Part shown: positions 34,149-40,811 of the stretch, piece after piece
How the letters are laid out: the number at the start of each line of letters is the position of its first letter
How positions within the stretch are numbered: the first letter of the stretch is position 1
DNA from: Deltaproteobacteria bacterium
GTDB taxonomy: Bacteria > Desulfobacterota > Syntrophia > Syntrophales > UBA5619
DNA: 40,811 nucleotides
Direction: 5' to 3'
Assembly: GCA_026388375.1 (NCBI GenBank)
Contig: JAPLJX010000494.1
Coordinates: 1 to 40,811, forward strand
Made by a program: the position numbers and the translations under genes
The notes under the pieces: model-generated
Database searches by the model: none
Told to the model about the DNA's origin: nothing
What the model saw: the letters and a program-made list of their open reading frames with translations, nothing else

Positions 34149-35759
34149 ATGGCAATGAATATTGGAAGGTTGGCAGAAGACAATATCCAAAGATTTGGTG
34201 AATACAAGTTTGTCAATTTTGAAGGGCGATGGCATACCAATGTTGAAATGAACCGTGTTGCCAACAGGTTGGGAAATGCCTTAAAAAGTCTGGGAGTCAA
34301 AAAGGGAGACCGTGTGGGTGTTCAACTGCTCAACTGTCCTCAACTTATGCAGACAGTTTTCGCTGTTTTTAAGATCGGGGCCATATTGGTTCCGGTGAAT
34401 CCTTCGCTGCGTATCCACGAACTTGCCTATATTTATCAGGACGCGGGTGTCGCCGCTCTGGTGAGCAGTGCAGATTATATCGACAGCATCAGAGAAGCCC
34501 GCCGCGAGGCAACAGAGCTTAAGCATGTAATCTTGATTGGAAAGGCAGTTCCGAAGGATGTTTTATCCTACGATGAAATGATTCAAAACGGTTCGGATGA
34601 GCTGGTCATTGAGGAAACGGACAACGACGATACCGCAGTCATGATATATACCGCGGGCACCACGGGAAATCCGAAAGGAGTGATGCTCACCCATTACAAC
34701 TGGTATACGCATGTCACCGGATATTATGATTTGGTCTTGCTGGACGCCTGGGGCGTTGGCGCCAAAGGTAAAATTCAAAAGCGTGATGACGGACAGGATA
34801 AAATTGCCGACGAGAAAGCGGAGGTATTTGGCGTTACCCGGAACCGTGTCTCTTTGATAGCGCTTCCCTTGTTCCATGGGTACGGAGTATTCGCTTTGAG
34901 TCTGGAGTTCCTGACGGGAGGAAAGCTGGTCTTGATCAGACGGTGGGATACAGAGGAAGCGATGAAGCGTATTGAGCAATTCAAAATCACCGAATATCGC
35001 GCTGTGCCTACCATGTACATTCAACTGCTTAACCATCCCGCTGCCTCCAAATATGATTTGAGTTCCCTGAAAACCTGCATCTGCGGCTCCGCCCCTATGC
35101 CCTTGGAGGTAGCCCGCAATTGGCGGGAGAAATACGGCATAGATATCTGGGAAGGGTATGGACTGAGCGAAGCGACCACCGTCAACTGTGGCAACATAGC
35201 GGGTAGACGACCGCCTAAATACGGCTCCATCGGTAAATGTTATCAGAAGTGCAATATGATCAAGATATTTGACGAAAAAGATTGTGAGCTTCCGTCCGGC
35301 CAGGTAGGAGAGATCGTAATCAAAGGGCCGGGAGTTATGAAGGGTTACTGGAATAAACCTGTAGAAACAGCAGAAGTGCTCCGGAACGGCTGGCTTCACA
35401 CCGGTGATATAGGATATGCCGATGAAGATGGTTACCTTTACATCACGGATAGAAAGAAGGACCTGATCATCCGTGGAGGAGAAAATATTTACCCGAAGGA
35501 AATAGAGAATATTCTCCATATGCATCCTCAAGTGCTGGAAGCGGGAGTTATCGGCATTCCCGACCCTGTTTATGGTGAAGTTGTAAAGGCGTTTGTTGTC
35601 CTCAAAACTGCAGGGACAGCCACGGAAGAGCATCTGATGAATTTTTGCAGGGAGAATTTACCCACCTATAAAAGACCGAAATCGATTCAACTTATGGATT
35701 CATTGCCAAAGAGCGCGGTAGGAAAAATATTAAGGAGAGAGCTGAGAAAAATTGGGTGA
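34149..35759 (+). CDS. AMP-forming acyl-CoA synthetase / ligase (ANL superfamily)
   Basis: YTAGTTGNPKGVMLTH, GYGLSE, TGDIGYADEDGYLYITDRKKD and the C-terminal PKSAVGKILRREL are present. Confidence 0.9.
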   Translation: MAMNIGRLAEDNIQRFGEYKFVNFEGRWHTNVEMNRVANRLGNALKSLGVKKGDRVGVQLLNCPQLMQTVFAVFKIGAILVPVNPSLRIHELAYIYQDAGVAALVSSADYIDSIREARREATELKHVILIGKAVPKDVLSYDEMIQNGSDELVIEETDNDDTAVMIYTAGTTGNPKGVMLTHYNWYTHVTGYYDLVLLDAWGVGAKGKIQKRDDGQDKIADEKAEVFGVTRNRVSLIALPLFHGYGVFALSLEFLTGGKLVLIRRWDTEEAMKRIEQFKITEYRAVPTMYIQLLNHPAASKYDLSSLKTCICGSAPMPLEVARNWREKYGIDIWEGYGLSEATTVNCGNIAGRRPPKYGSIGKCYQKCNMIKIFDEKDCELPSGQVGEIVIKGPGVMKGYWNKPVETAEVLRNGWLHTGDIGYADEDGYLYITDRKKDLIIRGGENIYPKEIENILHMHPQVLEAGVIGIPDPVYGEVVKAFVVLKTAGTATEEHLMNFCRENLPTYKRPKSIQLMDSLPKSAVGKILRRELRKIG

Positions 35760-35833
35760 ACCGGAAGGAACCACCCGGAAGCGGGAAAGCTGTTAACCTT
35801 TTTCAAAACTCTAACTTAAAAGGAGGCGTCAAA

Positions 35834-36796
35834 ATGAAAAAAAGATTCTTTTGCGTTATTTTAATCGGGTTTTTGATGGTTTTTACGGCGGACGTAGCCA
35901 TGGCCCAGCAACCGGCAGACCAAAAGGTGTATAAATGGAACTTTCAGTCTCACTGGCCGGCAGGCAGCACATCCTTCAAACCGCTGAAAGATTTTTTCGA
36001 TCAAAATCTGAACAAACTAACCAATGGACGGCTGCAGATCACGCTCCATCCAGCCGGAGCCATGGTTCCATCCAAGGACATATTCGCCGTCTGCCGCAAA
36101 GGCACAATCGAAGGAGCAACGGCAGCCCCGATCTACTGGATGAGCATTATTCCCATAGCTGCGGTAGCGGCCAACTGTCCGATGACTTTCCGCAATGCCA
36201 AGGAAGGTTTATATTTTCATTTCAACCTCGGCTTCGAGCAGATGCTGAAAGACGCTCACGCCAAGCACAACCTGCTTTATTACACGGAGAAGATTTATCC
36301 CACAGCGATGATCGGGAAAAAGCCGATCCATAAAATCGAGGATTTCAAAGGGTATAAAGTACGTTCTTCCGGGGCGCTTGCCGAAATGCTAAAAGATTTG
36401 GGCGCCGTCCCCAGCATGATTCCCGGTGAGGAACTCTACCTGGCCCTGCAAACCGGCGTCATCGATGGGGCGCACTGGGGAGCGGCCGGCGGAGCGCTGA
36501 GCATGAAACTCTGCGAGGTGGCCAAGTACTACATCCAGCCCGACCTGGCCATGGCGGGCACCGATGTGATCATCATCAACAAGGATGCTTTTAATGCCCT
36601 GCCCAAGGATCTGCAGGCGATCCTCGATAAGGCACTGAAGGATAGAGTATATCAACGGACGGAAGAGTATGTGATTGATGAGCGTAAAGCGTTGGATACC
36701 ATGATCACGGATTATAAAGTCACCAAAGACGCCGATTCGGCCAAAGCCATCGGCATGCTGAAGGATTACCTTAAAAAACTTAAGTACATCGATTGA
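35834..36796 (+). CDS. TRAP transporter substrate-binding protein (DctP-related, COG4663-like)
   Basis: A signal peptide (MKKRFFCVILIGFLMVFTADVAMA) and YKWNFQSHWPAGS are present. SD AAAGGAGG. Confidence 0.85.
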   Translation: MKKRFFCVILIGFLMVFTADVAMAQQPADQKVYKWNFQSHWPAGSTSFKPLKDFFDQNLNKLTNGRLQITLHPAGAMVPSKDIFAVCRKGTIEGATAAPIYWMSIIPIAAVAANCPMTFRNAKEGLYFHFNLGFEQMLKDAHAKHNLLYYTEKIYPTAMIGKKPIHKIEDFKGYKVRSSGALAEMLKDLGAVPSMIPGEELYLALQTGVIDGAHWGAAGGALSMKLCEVAKYYIQPDLAMAGTDVIIINKDAFNALPKDLQAILDKALKDRVYQRTEEYVIDERKALDTMITDYKVTKDADSAKAIGMLKDYLKKLKYID

Positions 36797-36853
36797 TCAG
36801 ATTCCGGAAAAAGTCGATCCTTTCGCACTTTCATTTTGCAAGGGAGGTTACTC

Positions 36854-37360
36854 ATGAAAATGTTTTTTGAAGTGATCGACCGGATGAATGAGCTGATAGG
36901 CAAGGCCATCAGCTTTTTGATTCTCGTTCTCGTAGGCGTGATCGTGTACGAGATATTTGTCCGGTATATTCTCAACAGCCCGACCATCTGGGCTCACGAA
37001 ATTTCCCAGATGGTCTATGGCGCCTACGTCATTCTCCTGGGGGGGTATCTCCAGCAGCGCAATGGACATGTGAACGTGGATATTTTTTACCAGCGCTTCA
37101 AACCCCGCACCAGGGCAATCATCAATCTCTTCACATGGCTCCTCTTCTTCGCCTTTTGCGGAGTGATTTTAGTAAAGGGAGGGGAGATGGCCTGGGATTC
37201 TTTCCTGTATCGGGAGACGGATTCGACCGTTTTTGCCCCGCCCATCTATCCGCTTAAGATGTTGATCCCGCTGGGCGCTTTACTTCTCCTGCTGCAGGGC
37301 CTGGTCAAATATATCGGGGATATCAAAGTGGCCATTACCGGCAAGGAGGATGCGCCATGA
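36854..37360 (+). CDS. dctQ: TRAP transporter small permease (DctQ)
   Basis: 168 aa with four hydrophobic segments. SD GGGAGG. It is followed by overlap with dctM. Confidence 0.85.
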   Translation: MKMFFEVIDRMNELIGKAISFLILVLVGVIVYEIFVRYILNSPTIWAHEISQMVYGAYVILLGGYLQQRNGHVNVDIFYQRFKPRTRAIINLFTWLLFFAFCGVILVKGGEMAWDSFLYRETDSTVFAPPIYPLKMLIPLGALLLLLQGLVKYIGDIKVAITGKEDAP

Positions 37361-38670
37361 GCATTGAATTAATCACTGTTCTGCTCTTCGGAGCCCTCAT
37401 CCTGTTCCTGGCTTTGGGCCTTCCCCTGGCTTTTGTTCTGGGAGGCGTAGGGGTGGTAGGTTCTTATCTTCTCTGGGGAGACAGGGGCCTTTACCTGATC
37501 GTAACCCAAGCCTATGCATCCATGGGGAAATTTACCTTGCTGGCTATTCCTCTCTTTATCTTTATGGCGATGATTTTAGAAAGAGCGGGAGTGGCCGATG
37601 ACCTTTACACCCTGATGCACCGCTGGATGGGCCCTGTGCCGGGCGGGTTGGCCATCGGCACGGTGATCATCTGCACCATATTCGCCGCTATGGCCGGGAT
37701 CAGCGGGGCGGCAACCGTATCCATGGGGATCATTGCCCTTCCGGCCATGCTCAGCCGGGGCTATGATAAAACCATTGCCATGGGTTGTATCTCCGGCGGA
37801 GGGGCGCTGGGGATACTGATTCCTCCCAGCGTGCCCATGATTCTTTACGCGACCCTGACCGGCGTGTCCATCGGGGGGTTATTCGCCGGCGGTATATTGC
37901 CCGGTCTTCTGCTCGCCGCTCTCTTCATCCTTTACATCGGCGTCCGCTGTCACTTCCAGCCTAACCTGGGGCCTCCCCTTCCCGTGGAAGAAAGGGTATC
38001 CTGGCGGGAGAAATTTATATCCCTCCGGGCGGTTCTGATGCCGATTGTGATTATCATCATGGTTCTGGGATCGATTTATGCGGGAGTTTGCACAGCCACC
38101 GAGGCCTCCGCCCTGGGATGTGTAGGGGCGATCATTTCGGCGGTTGTCTATCGTAAACTGAACTGGACTTTGATCAAAGAGTCCTGTTTCCGGACCGCCG
38201 CCCTTACGGCCCTGATCATCTGGATCCTCATTGGGGCTTACGGTTTCACGGCTGTTTACACCGGTACAGGGGCGCATGTCCTGATGGAACATATTATGAT
38301 GTCCATTCCCGGAGGGCGCTGGGCCATCCTGATCACCATGCAGATCATCTTTTTCATCCTGGGATGTATCCTGGACCCTGTGGGCATCATCATGATCTGC
38401 ACCCCCGTCTTTGTTCCGGTAATCACGGCCCTGGGATTTGATCCCCTCTGGTTCGGCGTCCTTTTCATCATGAACATGGAGATGGGGTACCTGACCCCTC
38501 CTTTTGGTTTCAACCTGTTTTATATGAAGGCCATAGTTCCGCCCGGGATAACAATGACCGATATCTACCGATCTATAGTGCCATTCGTGATTCTTCAGGG
38601 AATCGGGCTTATTATCGTCATCATTTTCCCGGAGATCGCCCTTTGGCTACCGAAATTGATGGTGGGGTAA
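37357..38670 (+). CDS. dctM: TRAP transporter large permease (DctM)
   Basis: 437-aa polytopic protein with a DctM pattern. Its start overlaps the dctQ stop (ATGA). Confidence 0.9.
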   Translation: MSIELITVLLFGALILFLALGLPLAFVLGGVGVVGSYLLWGDRGLYLIVTQAYASMGKFTLLAIPLFIFMAMILERAGVADDLYTLMHRWMGPVPGGLAIGTVIICTIFAAMAGISGAATVSMGIIALPAMLSRGYDKTIAMGCISGGGALGILIPPSVPMILYATLTGVSIGGLFAGGILPGLLLAALFILYIGVRCHFQPNLGPPLPVEERVSWREKFISLRAVLMPIVIIIMVLGSIYAGVCTATEASALGCVGAIISAVVYRKLNWTLIKESCFRTAALTALIIWILIGAYGFTAVYTGTGAHVLMEHIMMSIPGGRWAILITMQIIFFILGCILDPVGIIMICTPVFVPVITALGFDPLWFGVLFIMNMEMGYLTPPFGFNLFYMKAIVPPGITMTDIYRSIVPFVILQGIGLIIVIIFPEIALWLPKLMVG

Positions 38671-38725
38671 AAGACCTCATATGCTGATTTTTGTTTGAAA
38701 AAAATACCAGAGAGGTGAAACGAAA

Positions 38726-40192
38726 ATGAGAACGAAAGAGCAATATTTCGAGCGTCTCGGTAAAATGAAGAGGAATCTGTTCCTCGGCGGTGAAAAGATC
38801 GGGCGTGACGATGAGCGGTTCATTCCGAGTTTCAATGTCATGGGAAAGACCTTTGACCTTGCCCAAATGCCTGAATACGAGGGTCTCATGACGGCCACCT
38901 CGCACCTGACCGGCGAAAAGATCAACCGTTTCTGTCACATTCACCAGAACAAGGAGGATCTTCACAAAAAGCAAGACATGACGCGGTTAATATGCCAGAT
39001 CGTGGGCGGCTGCACGCAGCGTTGCATGGGTGTCGATGCGTCGAATGCCATCTATACCGTCTCCTATGAGGCAGACAAACAGAACAAAGGCGCTACCCAA
39101 TACCATGAGAATTTTAAGAAGTGGCTTGAACGGTTTCAGAGGGAAGATCTGGTCGGATGCTGCGCCCAGACCGACGTCAAGGGTGATCGAATGCTGCGTC
39201 CCCACGAGCAGCCCGATCCCGACTCGTATGTCCACGTGGTGGAAAGAAAGAAGGATGGTATCGTCGTCCGGGGCGCCAAGCTTCATATCTCGGAATCGGC
39301 GACTGCCGATGAAATCCTGGTTGTACCGACACGCGCCCTGCTGAAGGAGGACAAGGATTACGCCGTCTCCTTCGCCATCCCCGGCGATTGGGATGGATTG
39401 AAACAGTTGGTGACGATCCACAACTTTCGCGACAGAAAGCACTTCCCCAAGGGATTCAATGCGGGGAGCAACGACTCCTATCTGATCTTCGACAATGTCG
39501 TTGTCCCCTGGGAGCGGGTTTTCCTTTGCGGTGAATACCAGCATGGCGGAATCATGGCGCTTCTCTTTGCCCTGTTTCATCGTCACAGTTATTCCGGCTG
39601 CAAGCCGGCCCTCGGAGACCTGATGCTGGGGGCCTGTGCGCTGGCTGCCGATGCCAACGGCATCAGCAAGGCCAAGCATGTGCATGAGAAACTGGCGGAG
39701 ATTATCAAGATCAGTGAACTTGGGTATGCTGCCGGTTTCACGGCTTCCGAACTGGGAAAGCCGGAAGTATTCATACCGGGGAAGGGTTTTGTCCCCTATG
39801 GTCCGGGCAATTATATCCCCCATTCCATTTATTGCAATGTGGGTCGATGTCTCACCGGCGAGGCCGTCTTCCACGAGATGGAAATGTTGGCCGACATTTC
39901 CGGCGGAATTCCGGCCACCTTTCCTCATGAAGAAGAATTCGTCAACCCTGAGACGGCGAAATTGGCCAAAAAATACACCACCAGAAGCGCCAACATGTCG
40001 CCGGAGAATCAGGCGCAACTCTGGCGCCATATAGGCGACTTGGCCTGCTCTGCCAAGGGGGGAATCGCCTGCTTTGGCGCGCTCCATGGCGGCGGATCTC
40101 CGAGAATGGAGACCATTGCCATTACGAGCCAGTACGATATCGAAACCCGCAAGGACATCGTGCGAAAAGTGGCAGGGATGACAAAGGATTGA
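38726..40192 (+). CDS. 4-hydroxybutyryl-CoA dehydratase / vinylacetyl-CoA isomerase family (AbfD/HpaB superfamily) with [4Fe-4S] ligand pattern retained
   Basis: GGCTQRCMGVD (C-x3-C at about residues 96/100) and HRHSYSGC (H-x6-C) match the AbfD cluster ligands C99, C103, H292 and C299 as I recall them. Length and the N-terminal pattern also fit. Confidence 0.75.
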   Translation: MRTKEQYFERLGKMKRNLFLGGEKIGRDDERFIPSFNVMGKTFDLAQMPEYEGLMTATSHLTGEKINRFCHIHQNKEDLHKKQDMTRLICQIVGGCTQRCMGVDASNAIYTVSYEADKQNKGATQYHENFKKWLERFQREDLVGCCAQTDVKGDRMLRPHEQPDPDSYVHVVERKKDGIVVRGAKLHISESATADEILVVPTRALLKEDKDYAVSFAIPGDWDGLKQLVTIHNFRDRKHFPKGFNAGSNDSYLIFDNVVVPWERVFLCGEYQHGGIMALLFALFHRHSYSGCKPALGDLMLGACALAADANGISKAKHVHEKLAEIIKISELGYAAGFTASELGKPEVFIPGKGFVPYGPGNYIPHSIYCNVGRCLTGEAVFHEMEMLADISGGIPATFPHEEEFVNPETAKLAKKYTTRSANMSPENQAQLWRHIGDLACSAKGGIACFGALHGGGSPRMETIAITSQYDIETRKDIVRKVAGMTKD

Positions 40193-40252
40193 TCAGGCGA
40201 GGAACCCACGACTTTATAGGCTCTGAGAAGCCGTTCAATCCATCTCTTTTTC

Positions 40253-40280
40253 CAAAGGGCAACGGTCGGGTTGCCCTTTG
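40253..40280 (+). terminator. Strong hairpin downstream of the AbfD-like gene (possible terminator, no U-tract)
   Basis: CAAAGGGCAAC-GGTCGG-GTTGCCCTTTG forms a perfect 11-bp stem. Confidence 0.45.
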
Positions 40281-40331
40281 CTTGGGTCCATAAAAGGGGT
40301 AGGCGGCTGCCGGGGAAAAGTAAGGTAAAAT

Positions 40332-40811
40332 TTGCGCAGACCCTTTTATGGCTGGATCATCGTTGGCGTTTCCTTTCTGATCGGTTTCACCGAGTCCGGC
40401 GTCTTTCAGAATATCTTGTCGATATTCATGAAGCCGATGGTGAATGAGTTCGGATGGAGTCGGGCTTCGGTAACCGGGGCGATTGCTTTCGGCTCTCTCA
40501 GCGGGGGACTGTTGTCTCTGGTTGTAGGCCCGATTCTAGATCGGCATGGGCCGAGAATGGTGAGTTTCTGGGGAATCCTGCTTTTAAGCCTCGGGCTGGG
40601 CGCCATGATGTTTGTCACTCACATCTGGCAGCTCTATCTGTTTTTCGGGGTAGGGCGAATGATAGCTGTTGGGGTGCTTAGTCTGGTAACATCGGTTTCG
40701 ATAGCCAATTGGTTTGTTCTTCTCCGGGGCAGGGCCATGGGAATTAAAGGGATAGGCGAACGGCTCGGCAGCGCCCTTCTGCCCTTGATGGTCCAGTTTT
40801 TGATTTTGGCT
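40332..40811 (+). CDS. MFS transporter (oxalate/formate-antiporter-like N-terminus), 3'-partial at the window end
   Basis: This open frame is not in the supplied ORF track because it has no stop. It reads (M)RRPFYGWIIVGVSFLIGFTESGVFQNILSIFMKPMVNEFGWSRASVTGAIAFGSL...GPILDRHGPR. TTG is the only in-frame start after the stop at 40326. Confidence 0.7.
   Translation, partial: MRRPFYGWIIVGVSFLIGFTESGVFQNILSIFMKPMVNEFGWSRASVTGAIAFGSLSGGLLSLVVGPILDRHGPRMVSFWGILLLSLGLGAMMFVTHIWQLYLFFGVGRMIAVGVLSLVTSVSIANWFVLLRGRAMGIKGIGERLGSALLPLMVQFLILA

Noticed and set aside
34563-35633. 356-aa minus-strand ORF opposite the acyl-CoA synthetase
   Set aside because: The plus-strand frame carries all ANL-superfamily motifs, whereas the antisense product has no recognisable features.
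38987-40087. 366-aa minus-strand ORF opposite the AbfD-like gene
   Set aside because: The plus-strand frame has the AbfD cluster-ligand motifs and a good SD. The antisense ORF is a shadow.
1-40811. Search by eye for tRNA/tmRNA genes, rRNA, CRISPR arrays and intact IS elements or integrases
   Set aside because: I saw no T-loop/acceptor-type sequences (GGTTCGAATCC-like) in intergenic regions, no regularly spaced direct repeats, and no full transposase or recombinase ORF. Only the 23-codon transposase tail at 1992-2060 was found. A covariance-model scan is still advisable.

Overview
The window has three parts. (1) Positions 1 to about 4000 are an AT-rich, patchwork defence/addiction island. It holds a HerA-like DUF87 ATPase, a 3'-truncated Mrr-type nuclease gene fused to a transposase C-terminal tail, an intact Panacea (DUF4065) antitoxin with an unassigned Cys-rich toxin candidate, and a C-terminal fragment of a COG2865/Schlafen-type regulator. 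(2) Positions 4285-6332 are a short minus-strand operon: peroxiredoxin, enoyl-CoA hydratase, metallophosphoesterase. (3) Positions 7374-40811 are a catabolic supercluster of about 33 kb, entirely on the plus strand and headed by an IclR regulator. In order it contains: a GltD-like flavoprotein coupled to a distant LarA/DUF2088-like protein; a 2-oxopent-4-enoate hydratase-family enzyme; DctPQM TRAP system 1; MoaD/ThiS-like protein plus tungsten-type aldehyde:ferredoxin oxidoreductase plus Fe-alcohol dehydrogenase; nitroreductase; ATC-hydrolase-like protein; SDR; a TAXI-type TRAP system whose fused permease is broken; a 1.8 kb mosaic of gene fragments around an intact MBL-fold hydrolase; a tightly coupled operon of MoCF-domain protein, QPRTase/ModD-like protein, M24 peptidase/creatinase-like protein, UbiD and UbiX; an HMGL/LeuA-like enzyme; a strikingly GC-rich single-gene insert (TPP enzyme); an acyl-CoA synthetase; DctPQM TRAP system 2; a 4-hydroxybutyryl-CoA dehydratase-family enzyme; and the start of an MFS transporter. 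The gene content (AOR, AbfD-like, UbiD/UbiX) suggests an anaerobe. I found no rRNA, tRNA or CRISPR array. The most interesting signals are: recombination scars between paralogous transporter operons; the GC-rich insert; the unassigned PanA-associated toxin; the HerA/Mrr pairing; and two unusual, translationally coupled enzyme sets (GltD-like with LarA-like, and MoCF with ModD-like, M24 and UbiD). All functional calls rest on motif recognition by eye, because no database search was possible.
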